A stretch of 64,000 bases of DNA from Candidatus Atelocyanobacterium thalassae (GCA_051971635.1 JBFPLN010000004.1:64001-128000), one strand, 5' to 3'; counted from the first letter of the stretch, positions 31,404 to 42,402 are shown. Notes: a model not told the origin generated them from the letters alone. Numbers and translations are program-made.

Positions 31404-33635
31404 TTAATTCTCTCCTAAAACTTCATGAAAATTAAACTCTGGCGCAGCCAAGACAAATATTATTGTTGGTAATGCTTTAGTCCATTGCTGTAATTTTTCA
31501 TAGTTAGGAACAAATGATTTATCAGGAGACGGCATGCCCAAAAACACAAAATCTGCTCCGATTGAAGACTCTTCTAAAATCGTGGTAAAACTACGTCCAT
31601 TGGAAAGAATAACTTCTGATGTTGCACCAATTCGTAAATCTTGAACTAATTTTCCTAAATTTTGCTGAGCTTCTTTAACAGCACTTTCATCAGTAACTAC
31701 TAGCTTTAAATGAATTTTGCCTTTTCTCCACTGAGGGTTTGAACATAGTAAGTAAGCTAAAACTAACATTAAGCTACCATTTCCTTGTCTTCCACCACTC
31801 CACCATACATCTATATGACAACGACGATTTTTGGATTCTTTCCATGGGTTATATAATAAATCAGGATTTTCTCTTAAAACAATTACATTTCTCTGTGCTC
31901 TGTGAAAATTGGCAATCATTTGACAATAACGTTCACGGTGAGTAGTCTGCTGAGAATCACCTAATAAAATTGTATTCGGAACAATTGATCCTAGTCCATA
32001 AGTTTCTACTAGCCGCTCTGCTCCATCAAATGGATCAGGAGCTGTTACCAATCTAACTAAAGCTTTTACTCCTCTTCTTTGTAAGTAATCTCTAATACGC
32101 TTTTCTAGGATTGCTTGCCGCGCTACATCACGCGAACCTACAGGTAAAACGCTAGAAACAGTTATTAAGCCACGATTATAAGTTAAAGCCTGTGCTAATT
32201 GAATTAAAGGCCAACGTTTAGTTGGTGCTCCAGATAATACTAAAAATTGAGGTCGCCAATTTTTAGTATCATTAGTATGGTCAGTCTGTAAGATAGCCAT
32301 TCGCAAAATGGCCATCCAGACTCCCCTTCTTACATCTCCCCAAGTTGCTGATAGTTCTCTCTGGCGTACCCAGAAATAAATACTTATTACTACTACTCCC
32401 GCAACACAGGTAGCTATCGTATCAATTAAAAACATTACTCCTAAACATCCCACAGCACCTAACCATGAAAATAGCCAATGTACTCTAAAAGAAGGACGAA
32501 ATGAAGGACTGTTTAGCACACCTTCTACTCCGGCAGAAATATTTAAGACTAAGTAAGTAGTTAAAAAGAACATAGTTAATATTGGAGCTATTAAATTTAA
32601 ATCTCCAATACAAACTGCTGCAAGAGCTATTACAAAAGTAACTAAAGTTCCTATTTTTGGCTCATCATCTGAACCACTACCTTGGCCTAAAAAACTCATC
32701 CATGAGGGCAAGATACCATCTCTAGCCAAAGCTTGAAGAATGCGCGGAGCTCCTAGTATACTGCCAATTGCACTACTTAATGTTGCTCCCCAAACTCCAA
32801 CAGAAATAGCTGGTCCCCAAAATGCCATTCTTTGCATTATTAAAGGTTCTGCTATTAAAGTACTACCATTAGCACGCATCGCCAAAAATATTGGTAATGT
32901 GATATAAATTAAAAATCCTGTACCTACAGCTGCTAAAGTGCCAATAGGTAAAGATCTAACTGGGTCACGTAGATCTCCTGACATATTGACACCGGCCATA
33001 ATACCTGTCACAGCTGGGAAAAAAACTGCAAAGACAGCCCAAAAAGGTTCTTTGTCAGTTACCCACATTTCCATGTTAACTTCTTCAACAGGATAACCAA
33101 AATAAAAAGATAGCAAAGAAATAGCAATGGCGGCCATTATAAAGTATTGCGCTTTTATCGCTATTTTTGCTGATGTTATACTTATTATCCCAACCCCAAT
33201 TGTTACTGCTAGAGCAATGTAAAGTTGATTAAGGTTTAACATAGGAAAAGCTGCTACAACACTTTCAGCAAAGCCAATAGTATAAAGAGCGACAGAAAGA
33301 GCTTGAGCGAAATATAATGGAATACCTACTGCACCACCAGTTTCAATACCAAGAGAACGACTAATCATGTAGTAAGCTCCTCCAGTTCTGACAACACGAT
33401 CTGTAGCTATAGCGCATACTGAAAGAGCTGTGAAGAAAGTTATTGAATTAGCTAAAATAACGATTAGAATTGCTCCCATCAATCCTGCGTTACCTACTAC
33501 CCAGCCAAAGCGAAGATACATGATTACGCCAAGAATGGTAAGAGTAGAGGGAGTATAAACACCTCCGAAAGTTTCTAATCCTTGTTTTTTATTAGTTTTT
33601 TTGGCGGGGGAAGAAGATTGAAAGAGCAATTTCAC
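31404..33635 (-). CDS. SLC12/cation-chloride cotransporter-like APC permease
   Basis: GVYTPSTLTILGVIMYLRFGWVVG, GGAYYMISRSLG.E.GG..G, FFPAVTGIMAG.NMSGDL, KNWRPQ, IDVWW. Confidence 0.9.
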   Translation of the reverse strand: MKLLFQSSSPAKKTNKKQGLETFGGVYTPSTLTILGVIMYLRFGWVVGNAGLMGAILIVILANSITFFTALSVCAIATDRVVRTGGAYYMISRSLGIETGGAVGIPLYFAQALSVALYTIGFAESVVAAFPMLNLNQLYIALAVTIGVGIISITSAKIAIKAQYFIMAAIAISLLSFYFGYPVEEVNMEMWVTDKEPFWAVFAVFFPAVTGIMAGVNMSGDLRDPVRSLPIGTLAAVGTGFLIYITLPIFLAMRANGSTLIAEPLIMQRMAFWGPAISVGVWGATLSSAIGSILGAPRILQALARDGILPSWMSFLGQGSGSDDEPKIGTLVTFVIALAAVCIGDLNLIAPILTMFFLTTYLVLNISAGVEGVLNSPSFRPSFRVHWLFSWLGAVGCLGVMFLIDTIATCVAGVVVISIYFWVRQRELSATWGDVRRGVWMAILRMAILQTDHTNDTKNWRPQFLVLSGAPTKRWPLIQLAQALTYNRGLITVSSVLPVGSRDVARQAILEKRIRDYLQRRGVKALVRLVTAPDPFDGAERLVETYGLGSIVPNTILLGDSQQTTHRERYCQMIANFHRAQRNVIVLRENPDLLYNPWKESKNRRCHIDVWWSGGRQGNGSLMLVLAYLLCSNPQWRKGKIHLKLVVTDESAVKEAQQNLGKLVQDLRIGATSEVILSNGRSFTTILEESSIGADFVFLGMPSPDKSFVPNYEKLQQWTKALPTIIFVLAAPEFNFHEVLGEN

Positions 33636-33743
33636 AAGTTATTAAAAATAAATCTAATTAATCACAGATATTATGCCAGATTTTTTGATACTGCTAAATG
33701 TTTAACTAATAATTTAGTAAATTATTAATTAAATATGTGATAG

Positions 33744-34469
33744 TTAAGGCATTGTACTATCCTTTTTTAGTTCATGATCATTCACTTTAGGAATGTTTTC
33801 TTCTTTCTGAGAAATACGCTTCTTTCGGTCAAACTCTAACGAATCTTCGATGGCTGTTAGCAACTGTTGCATTTTCTCTAAGTTACTACAGTATACTTCA
33901 AGATCTTTTTGTATTCTTTCTGACGAGAGTTTTAAATCATTAGCTATCTGCTCTATCGCTTTACTGTACTCTTCTTTGTTTTCTACTAAATCAGAGCTAA
34001 TTTTTTCCAGCAAAGAATATAACCCGATAGCTAATAAACGACTATATTTGAACTTAGGATATTTAGCTATAGAATAATAAGAATTCCAAAGTAACTTTTC
34101 ACTAATTTCTTCTTGATTTGACCTTGTGAGATTTTCTTTAAAATCTGAAATAGATAACATTTCAGCTTCATGTAATATAATATTTGATTCCTCTAAATAC
34201 TTTTTAACATCTCCTCCAGTTGATTTACATAATGCATCAAATATTAGATCTTGATGATCGGCTGGTTGATACCCATGCATGAATTTTCTGAATAAAGTAA
34301 CAACTCCCAAAGCATAAATGGGATTATATTGATAATCTGCATTTACTGATAATAAATGCATTTCTACTAGGAGCTCTTCTATAAAACGTCTATAGATAGA
34401 GCTAATTGGTCTAGTAAAAAAATTATAGAATTCACGTTTTGTATCAGAAACAGTACGAATATTATCCAC
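33744..34469 (-). CDS. psb29: Psb29/Thf1 protein
   Basis: RTVSDTKR.F, IYRRFIEELLVEMHLL, FKYSRLLAIGL, KDLEVY.SNLEKM. Confidence 0.93.
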   Translation of the reverse strand: MDNIRTVSDTKREFYNFFTRPISSIYRRFIEELLVEMHLLSVNADYQYNPIYALGVVTLFRKFMHGYQPADHQDLIFDALCKSTGGDVKKYLEESNIILHEAEMLSISDFKENLTRSNQEEISEKLLWNSYYSIAKYPKFKYSRLLAIGLYSLLEKISSDLVENKEEYSKAIEQIANDLKLSSERIQKDLEVYCSNLEKMQQLLTAIEDSLEFDRKKRISQKEENIPKVNDHELKKDSTMP

Positions 34470-34637
34470 GAAATAAGGTTATAAATTATTTTTAATAATG
34501 GTCTTTAGTTATTCTCTCTTGTAAAGTACTATTTTGCAAAGTAAGTAATATAAAAATTTAAATGTACTTTATTCTAATTATCTCTAACAAAAAACAAAAT
34601 TTAATACCATAAACGCGAAATTTGGTAATTATGATGT

Positions 34638-35336
34638 TCAAGAATAGATCTTCAATTCGCACTGACAAGACAATCTACCATAGTCCAAAGAAAGCTGATT
34701 AATACAAAAATCTGGTCCCAAGTCTAATAATATCTCTTCATCTAAATAAGTATCTAATTGAGATAAACCTCTTATTTCTATTTCTTTTAGGCTAAGCTTT
34801 TGAGGTGAGATTATATTTGGTCTTAATTTAATCGTAATAGATTCGATCACTTCTGCATATAATGATGCTACTCGTATAGTTATCTTAGAATAATCAATAT
34901 GAATCTCTTTTAACTGAAAATTCATACTATTCATTTTCTCAGATAATTTAGTAAACTCTTTGTGTTCTAATAAAGTTTTCAAAAGATACTTAATACTATC
35001 TTGAAGCATTATTGATGAAATAGATGCTTTTAAACTTTCATTACTTATAGCAACTTTTCCAGATACTTTAGTATCTTGTAATAGTTTTAAAGATTTTCCT
35101 CGTAAAACTTGACCTATGTTTACACGAATATTTTCTGCTCTCAACTGAATTCCTTCTAACGATAACCCTTTATAAATTAGTTGATGACTATCTAATAGCA
35201 TTCCAGGGATATAACCACTTAAGATTTGATAATCGCTACCTTCGATTAATAAATCTAAAGCTTCTGTTTTTTCAACTTGTGAATTTAACCAAAGCTTTAA
35301 AGCAGGAGTTAATATTTTTGTAATAATTTTGCTCAT
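34638..35336 (-). CDS. DUF2993/LmeA-like protein
   Basis: PALKLWLNSQVE, QILSGYIP, NIGQVLRGK.L.LL. Confidence 0.78.
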   Translation of the reverse strand: MSKIITKILTPALKLWLNSQVEKTEALDLLIEGSDYQILSGYIPGMLLDSHQLIYKGLSLEGIQLRAENIRVNIGQVLRGKSLKLLQDTKVSGKVAISNESLKASISSIMLQDSIKYLLKTLLEHKEFTKLSEKMNSMNFQLKEIHIDYSKITIRVASLYAEVIESITIKLRPNIISPQKLSLKEIEIRGLSQLDTYLDEEILLDLGPDFCINQLSLDYGRLSCQCELKIYS

Positions 35337-35626
35337 ATTAAATATCTTGGTTAAACAGTTAATTTGTTATTTTATAGATCTTCGCTATGTTAACCTTAGT
35401 TAGATTTTTTTGTAAGATTTCAAGTTTAATAATTTGACTTTCAATTGATTTTTTGTGTTGACTGTTATTTAGAGGTTATGGAAAAATATTAAGTTCTGTA
35501 AATTCTGTCTATATGTACACATATTTAATACTTAATGATATTGGTAATTTCAGAGACATAAGAAACAACATCAAACAATCATCTTATTTTAGAAATCACC
35601 GAAAAACTAATCATAAAATTAATTAT

Positions 35627-36604
35627 ATGAAAAATAATAATAAAGAAAATTTCTTAAGTATTGCACCGATGATGGATCGAACAGATCGTCATTTTCGTTA
35701 TTTTATGAGACAAATTACTAGGCATACATTACTGTATACAGAAATGATATCTACAGCAGCTATTAAAAATGGTAATAAATCAAAACTTTTAGATTTTTCT
35801 TCAGAAGAAAAGCCCTTGTCATTACAATTAGGAGGTAATGATCCCTACATACTAGCTGATTGCGCAGTAATTGCAGAAGACTGGGGATATGACGAAGTAA
35901 ATTTAAATGTTGGATGTCCTAGCAATAGAGTGCAAGATGGACGTTTCGGAGCTTGTTTAATGGCTGAACCAGAATTAATAGCTAAGTCAGTTGAAAAGAT
36001 GCAAAAGTTAGTCAATATACCAATCACAGTAAAACATAGAATTGGTATTGATGAGCATGATCATTACGACAATTTAAAATATTTTGTACGTATAGTCTCA
36101 GAAGCTGGATGTGAAAGATTTACTGTACATGCCCGTAAAGCTTGGTTAAAAGGCTTAAGTCCAAAAGAAAATCGTAATATTCCTCCTTTAAGATATGAAG
36201 ATGTCTATCGTCTTAAAAAAGATTTTTCTCATCTTACTATTGAAATTAATGGAGGAATTATTAGTTTAGAACAGGTAAATGAACACTTACAATTTGTTGA
36301 TTCTGTTATGTTAGGAAGAGTAGCTTACGATAATCCCTATTTACTTGCTACAGTAGACCAGACTTTTTATAAAAGTAATACCATACCATTAACCCGTTAT
36401 CAAATTATAGAAAAAATATTGCCATACATAGAGTATTGGACAAGTCACGGTCTAAAATTACATAATATTACTAGGCACCTTTTGGCACTATTTGTAAGTA
36501 TATCTGGAACGAAAGAATGGAAAAAATATATTGGTGAAAATTCTCATTTTATTGGTCAAGATTCTAAGACTATTATTTATGCATTAGGTAAAGTAAAAAG
36601 CTAA
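35627..36604 (+). CDS. dusA: tRNA-dihydrouridine(20/20a) synthase
   Basis: SIAPMMDRTDRHFRYF, LQLGG, NLNVGCPS, VKHRIGID, HARKAWLKGLSPKENR; ATG at 35627 preferred to 35513. Confidence 0.93.
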   Translation: MKNNNKENFLSIAPMMDRTDRHFRYFMRQITRHTLLYTEMISTAAIKNGNKSKLLDFSSEEKPLSLQLGGNDPYILADCAVIAEDWGYDEVNLNVGCPSNRVQDGRFGACLMAEPELIAKSVEKMQKLVNIPITVKHRIGIDEHDHYDNLKYFVRIVSEAGCERFTVHARKAWLKGLSPKENRNIPPLRYEDVYRLKKDFSHLTIEINGGIISLEQVNEHLQFVDSVMLGRVAYDNPYLLATVDQTFYKSNTIPLTRYQIIEKILPYIEYWTSHGLKLHNITRHLLALFVSISGTKEWKKYIGENSHFIGQDSKTIIYALGKVKS

Positions 36605-37147
36605 CTTTTTCACGGCTTTAGCTACAAAATTATATATTTAGCAGTAAATTTCCATATTTTAATCCTTCACTGATTAAAAATACATTTTTTAGAAGGTGTT
36701 ATTGTTATCATGGTTAGCTAAATACCATGACATTCAACAACTTATTTTTTTATAAAAGTAATTCTTAAAATCAGATAGGTAATTTAATTACCTCAAAAGT
36801 TTTCAACTAGTTTAATACCTAATTTAGAACTATAAAAAATATCCATTTTCTGTTTTTAAGATCTTAAATAAAATGGTTCTTAAATCATTTCTATTAGAAA
36901 TAAGAAAATTTATATATTTTTATTAGAAATTCAATTTGCAAAAAAATTAGTATTAATTACCGATTAAATTAAACCAGTAATTAATACTTAGATTATTGCT
37001 TTTGGATTTTATATTTCGACTTATAAGTCTTAACTATTTTTTATTCAATAAATAGTTGTCTTAATTTACTATAAAAAATAGTATTTCTAACAAAGTATTA
37101 AGAACAACACCCAATAAATTCTATATACAAATTTTAAGATCATCCAT

Positions 37148-37858
37148 TTAAAAAGATTTCGGTTGATGACGAATTAAATTAAGAAACTCTTCTCGAGTTC
37201 TTTGATCTTCATTAAATTTGCCGATCATTGTACTAGTTATGGTCCAAGATCCAGGCTTTTGGACCCCTCGCATTACCATACACATATGACTTGCTTCCAT
37301 AAGAACCGCAACACCACGTGGCTCTAAAGTTTCTTGAATAGCATTAGCAATTTGGCTAGTCAAACGCTCCTGTACTTGTAAACGACGTGAATACATTTCT
37401 ACAATTCTAGCTAACTTACTTAATCCGATTACTTTATTGTTAGGAATGTAAGCAACATGAGCACGTCCCATAAATGGCAACATGTGATGTTCACATAAAC
37501 TGAAAAAGTTAATGTCTCTTATTAGAACCATCTCATTGTGTCCTTCATCAAAGATGGCTTCATTAACTAATTCAGCCAGCGACTGATCATAACCTCCTGT
37601 GAGAAATTTCATAGAAGCTGCAACACGATGTGGAGTTTTTAATAGTCCTTCACGATTAGGATCTTCTCCTAGTGCTTCAAGAATAGAATAAATAGCATCT
37701 TCTATTTTTTTTGTATTTATATCTAGATTTTTTGAATCTGTAGATTTTTGTTTGTTGTGATTATCTTGAGTATTAGTCTGATCAACTAAATCGGAATTAA
37801 GGTTATTAGAACTATTTGATTTAGAAGAATTGAATTCGTTAGAAAAATCTCTTGTCAT
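37148..37858 (-). CDS. folE: GTP cyclohydrolase I
   Basis: [46 protein letters not shown]. Confidence 0.97.
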   Translation of the reverse strand: MTRDFSNEFNSSKSNSSNNLNSDLVDQTNTQDNHNKQKSTDSKNLDINTKKIEDAIYSILEALGEDPNREGLLKTPHRVAASMKFLTGGYDQSLAELVNEAIFDEGHNEMVLIRDINFFSLCEHHMLPFMGRAHVAYIPNNKVIGLSKLARIVEMYSRRLQVQERLTSQIANAIQETLEPRGVAVLMEASHMCMVMRGVQKPGSWTITSTMIGKFNEDQRTREEFLNLIRHQPKSF

Positions 37859-37885
37859 GGTTAAAGTAAAATGTTGATTTTATTG

Positions 37886-38614
37886 TTAAAGGTTCCCACA
37901 GCTAGGTAAAATCTTTATTTCTTCAATGACAGCCCCTACTGGTAATAGTACCACCTGAAGAATGGTTTGTGCGATTAGTTCAGGAGTGAGCATAACAGTA
38001 CGGTCAAAATTTTTTTGAATAGGTATTTTGTCCCATATTGACGTATTGACAGCCCCAGGGATAATTGTTGTTACACGAATACCGTTATTTCGTTCTTCTT
38101 CCGCTAGTATTTTAGAGAAAGATAAAAGTGCAGCTTTACTTACAGAATATGCCCCCCAGTTAGGGAAAATATTAATTGCTGCAGTAGAAGAAACATTGAC
38201 GATAGTTCCTTTCATATGTTTTCGCATATGAGGTAGAACTCCTTTAATACATTGAAAAACACTGGTTAAGTTTAAATCAAGTACTTTTTGCCAATCTGTT
38301 AAAGATGTTTCTCCTAAGAAATTTGTGTACCCCATACCAGCATTATTAACGATAATGTCAATACTATTAAAGTCACTAACTATTTCTTGAATCTTTATTG
38401 AGATTGTATCTAATTCGCTAAAGTCTATTACATATGGTTTGACTTTAATTCCTTCCTTTTTTGACTCTTTAGCTACATCTTTGAGAGATTTTAAAGAGCG
38501 GCCAACTAAGGCAGTATTAATACCTGCACGAGCAAAAGCTAAACTAGTCGCTTTGCCAATACCGCTACTTGCACCAGTAATAATTGCATTTAATCCAATT
38601 GAAGAAGAACTCAT
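37886..38614 (-). CDS. SDR family oxidoreductase, co-transcribed with folE
   Basis: TGASSGIG, NNAG, NVSS, YSVSK catalytic motif, PGAVNT; ATG at 38614 preferred to TTG at 38668. Confidence 0.9.
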   Translation of the reverse strand: MSSSSIGLNAIITGASSGIGKATSLAFARAGINTALVGRSLKSLKDVAKESKKEGIKVKPYVIDFSELDTISIKIQEIVSDFNSIDIIVNNAGMGYTNFLGETSLTDWQKVLDLNLTSVFQCIKGVLPHMRKHMKGTIVNVSSTAAINIFPNWGAYSVSKAALLSFSKILAEEERNNGIRVTTIIPGAVNTSIWDKIPIQKNFDRTVMLTPELIAQTILQVVLLPVGAVIEEIKILPSCGNL

Positions 38615-38774
38615 AATATAATAAAGACCTTGAGCTAATTGTTCAAGATGAGTATATAAGTTAATCAAAAATGATCTTAATAACAGAATTAAAGATCAGA
38701 TATGTTTAACACTTACCTAATTTTGACTGAGCTTAAAACTTCAATATCATTAAAAGTAACAATCTTTATGAACT

Positions 38775-38839
38775 AGAAGCGAGCCAATACCTAGGGTAAC
38801 AAGGATTTGTCCTAAGTCTCCCACAACTCTATAATAACA
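38775..38839 (-). promoter_or_regulatory. extended -10 and structured RNA element upstream of SDR-folE
   Basis: TGtTATTAT (38839-38831) followed by a 46% GC multi-stem hairpin (38830-38775). Confidence 0.5.
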
Positions 38840-38854
38840 TTTCCTATAAAATTC

Positions 38855-38895
38855 TGTTAACAAGTTTAAAAAACAATTTTTTAAACTTGTTAACA
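38855..38895. terminator. 19-bp perfect inverted repeat overlapping accA stop
   Basis: TGTTAACAAGTTTAAAAAA-caa-TTTTTTAAACTTGTTAACA. Confidence 0.75.
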
Positions 38896-39885
38896 ATTTT
38901 GATAATCTGATCCTGGATCAAAAAATATACCTATCTTTCGAAATTTTTTGTATCTTAGCTCTTTTCGTGTCTCTACCGTTAAACGGGATAGTTCATCAAG
39001 ATTCTGAAGTAACACTTTTTTTAAAATCACTGCAGTTTCTAATGGTTTTACATGAGCACCGCCGGAAGGCTCAGGAATAATAGAATCAATAATATTTAAT
39101 CTTTTAAGATCATTCGCTGTAATTTTAAGGGCAGTTGCAGCTTGTGAAGATTTTTTTGCGTCTTTCCAAAGAATAGCTGCACAAGCCTCAGGAGTCGCTA
39201 CAGTATATACTGAGTGTTCAAGCATGAGAATTTTATCTCCTACTCCAATACCTAATGCTCCTCCTGAACCTCCTTCTCCAATAACAGTACAAATGATAGG
39301 GACATCAAAACTAAACATTTTACGAAGATTAAATGCAATCGCTTCTCCCTGTCCAAGCTTTTCAGCTTCTACACCAGCCCAGGCTCCTGGAGTATCAATA
39401 AAAGTTATAATTGGCATAGAAAATTGATTTGCATGTTCCATTAAACGAATAGCTTTACGATATCCTCCAGGCGCTGGCATGCCAAAATTTCTTGCTACAT
39501 TATCTTTTGTATCTCTTCCTTTTTGATGACCAAGAATCACTATTGGACGACCTCCTAGCCGAGCAATTCCACCTACTAAAGCAGGATCATCATACCCTCC
39601 GCGATCTCCATGTAATTCTATCCATTCATCAGCAATTGATTGAATATAATCTAAAGTACTTGGACGACGAGGATGACGAGCCAGCTGTAGACGTTGAGAT
39701 GGAGTTAAACCATTAAAGATTTCTCTCCTTAAATTTTCTGCACGATTTCCAAGTTGGGTAATTTGCTCAGTAACATCTACATTGTTTTCTTTCGCCAATC
39801 TCCGAATTTGTTCAATTCGAGCTTCTAGCTCCCATAATGGCTTTTCAAAATCTAGTAAAAAGACGCGGCGCTCATTTTTATTCAT
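38890..39885 (-). CDS. accA: acetyl-CoA carboxylase carboxyltransferase alpha
   Basis: [42 protein letters not shown]. Confidence 0.97.
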   Translation of the reverse strand: MNKNERRVFLLDFEKPLWELEARIEQIRRLAKENNVDVTEQITQLGNRAENLRREIFNGLTPSQRLQLARHPRRPSTLDYIQSIADEWIELHGDRGGYDDPALVGGIARLGGRPIVILGHQKGRDTKDNVARNFGMPAPGGYRKAIRLMEHANQFSMPIITFIDTPGAWAGVEAEKLGQGEAIAFNLRKMFSFDVPIICTVIGEGGSGGALGIGVGDKILMLEHSVYTVATPEACAAILWKDAKKSSQAATALKITANDLKRLNIIDSIIPEPSGGAHVKPLETAVILKKVLLQNLDELSRLTVETRKELRYKKFRKIGIFFDPGSDYQNC

Positions 39886-40026
39886 CAGTCATTATGATAA
39901 ATTAATATTCTGTGATAATTTGAGACGATAAAGATAAGAAGTAACCATAACTTCTTGAAACTCAATTAGTCCCATAAAGTTAATATTTTTATGTTACTTT
40001 TTAGTATCTAGAGATCTTTAGGATGT

Positions 40027-40530
40027 TTAAAAATTATTTAACATATTTAATATTTCCTGATAGCAAACCTTATTCTTTTGCTGATAGCATAGCATTTTTG
40101 CAGTTTTCAAATCAGTAATTGCCTCTCTTAAATGTCCTAATTTATAAGATAAGTTAGCTCTTGCTATATATATATCTACCATATTACTGTTAAGTTCTAT
40201 AGCTTTATTAAAATCGGCAACTGCACTTATATTATGATTGATTTTTTCATAAGCAATCCCGCGATTATAATAAGCTTCTACTTCATGAGGGCTTAAATGA
40301 ATGACTTTCGTAAAATTAATAATGGCTTTTTGGTAATCTCCTTGAATACCTTTTTCCATTCCTTGTATTAAGATTTTATTTAGAAAAGTATTTGAAAGAT
40401 AATTTTGAGAGATTAAAGTAAATGCTGATGCCGATAGAGAAGTTACAGGATGAATTAAGATAAATACAGATAAAAGCTGTACAAGATGAAAATATGAAAA
40501 TAGTTTTCTTTTCCTAGATAAATACAACAT
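40027..40530 (-). CDS. tetratricopeptide repeat protein
   Basis: AIINFTKVI.L.P...EAYYNRGIAY, A.ADFNKAIELN; hydrophobic N-terminus. Confidence 0.8.
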   Translation of the reverse strand: MLYLSRKRKLFSYFHLVQLLSVFILIHPVTSLSASAFTLISQNYLSNTFLNKILIQGMEKGIQGDYQKAIINFTKVIHLSPHEVEAYYNRGIAYEKINHNISAVADFNKAIELNSNMVDIYIARANLSYKLGHLREAITDLKTAKMLCYQQKNKVCYQEILNMLNNF

Positions 40531-40863
40531 TGCTTTGATAATCGTTATTTTAGTTATTGGTATAACAAAATTTTCAATTAATCGACAAGATTTTAGTTTT
40601 TTCCCCTTTGTTTATTTCGACTATAAAGAAAAAGTTTTATGATAAGAGAAGATAAGTTATAGATGTTTCTCTTTATGTAAAGAAAATATATAAATAAGAA
40701 TTTTAATCTTAATATCTATAATTTACTTAAATCAATACTTCATTATTTTACTCAATAGGAGATATCACAATCTTTGTTAATTTTTGATTTTTCATGGTTA
40801 TCAGAAATGATTAATTCTAGCGATATAAGTTTTCCAATAAAGCAAAAAATCTTAATCTTTTTC

Positions 40864-42336
40864 ATGATGCAAATCTCATTTTTTAGGCAGTTCCGCTTGA
40901 TATCACTTATTTTAATCACTATTTTATTTATTGTTTTGATTGTTCGATTACCTGTTATGGCTGAAACTCCAACGAATTATAAAGAATTAGAATTTCCTCC
41001 TTTATCGAACATTTCTTTGCCAGACTATGAACGTTATGAATTAGAAAATGGGATGGTAGTCTATCTCATGGAAGACCATCAATTACCTTTAATTAAAGGT
41101 AATGCTTTAATTAAGGTGGGATCGCGTATTGAACCAGAAGATAAAATTGGATTGGCCGACATTACTGGAGCTATGATGCGTTTGGGGGGCACAGTAGAGC
41201 ACCCTGCTGGTGAATTAAACGAACTTTTAGAACAAAGAGCTGCAAAAGTTGAAGTCAGTATTAATACACATTCGGGAAATGCAGCATTTAATTCTTTAAG
41301 TAAAGATATTGAAATAGTATTTGATCTCTTTTCTCAAGTTTTAAAAGAGCCAGCCTTTGATTCTCAACAATTAATTCTGACTAAAACTCAGTTACAGGGG
41401 CAAATCGCTCGCCGTAATGATAATCCAGGAGATATTGCTAATAGAGAATTACATAAGCTTATTTATGGCGAAAGCAGTCCTTATGCCCGTACCATAGAGT
41501 ATGACACTTTAAATAACATTAGTCTTAGCGATGTTATTTCTTTTCATCAAAAATATATTCGCCCAGAAAGTCTGATATTAGGGATTGTAGGAGATTTTGA
41601 TTCGAAAGAAATGAGGAAATTAATCCAAAATAAGTTTGGAAATTGGAAATCTTCTGCTACAAAACCTGAAATAACTATTCCTCAAGCATATCAAATTAAC
41701 AAGAATGAGTTATTTTTTGTTGATCAGCCTCATTTAAATCAAAGTAATGTGTTATTGGGACACTTAGGAGGTAAATTAGATAGTCCAGATTACCCAGTTT
41801 TAAGTGTTATAAATGGTCTGCTTAACGGTTTTGGAGGACGCCTGTTTAATAATCTGAGATCTCGCCAAGGTCTAGCTTATACCGTATATGGTTATTGGAA
41901 TGCAGCTTATGATTATCCTGGAATCTTTTTAGCTGGAGGTCAAACCTCTTCTGAAACAACAGTACAATTTATAGAATCTTTAATGGCAGAGGTAGAATTA
42001 CTTAGAAATCAGCCTATAGAGGAGGATGAACTAGCATATGCAAAAGAATCTATTCTCAATTCTTTCGTATTTAAATTTGAAAATCCTAGTCAAACTCTAT
42101 CTCGTTTATTAACCTATGAATATTATGGATATCCAGAGGACTTTATTTTTAAATATCAAGATGGAATTAAGAAAACTACTATGAAGGATATTCAAAGAGT
42201 TGCTGAACAATATTTAAAACCAGAAAATACAGTAATTTTAGTAGTTGGTAATAAAGAAAATATTTACTCTTCTCTTTCTAAACTAAAGAAAGATATAAAC
42301 AGTGTTGATGTTACTATACCTAGTTCAAATAAATAA
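40864..42336 (+). CDS. M16 (pitrilysin) family peptidase, non-catalytic type, with signal peptide
   Basis: LENGMVVYLMEDHQLP, GGRLFNNLRSRQGLAY; HxxEH position replaced by DITGAM; start at 40864 preferred to 40774. Confidence 0.88.
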   Translation: MMQISFFRQFRLISLILITILFIVLIVRLPVMAETPTNYKELEFPPLSNISLPDYERYELENGMVVYLMEDHQLPLIKGNALIKVGSRIEPEDKIGLADITGAMMRLGGTVEHPAGELNELLEQRAAKVEVSINTHSGNAAFNSLSKDIEIVFDLFSQVLKEPAFDSQQLILTKTQLQGQIARRNDNPGDIANRELHKLIYGESSPYARTIEYDTLNNISLSDVISFHQKYIRPESLILGIVGDFDSKEMRKLIQNKFGNWKSSATKPEITIPQAYQINKNELFFVDQPHLNQSNVLLGHLGGKLDSPDYPVLSVINGLLNGFGGRLFNNLRSRQGLAYTVYGYWNAAYDYPGIFLAGGQTSSETTVQFIESLMAEVELLRNQPIEEDELAYAKESILNSFVFKFENPSQTLSRLLTYEYYGYPEDFIFKYQDGIKKTTMKDIQRVAEQYLKPENTVILVVGNKENIYSSLSKLKKDINSVDVTIPSSNK

Positions 42337-42402
42337 TTAAATCATTAATTTGATGAAGTAATTAACACTTCCTCAAAACTATATTTTCCATTAGAAATTA
42401 AA

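Noticed and set aside
35513..35626. N-terminal extension on DusA (similar extensions on the SDR, M16 and DUF3285 ORFs)
   Set aside because: Likely upstream open spacer; downstream ATGs fit the family starts better
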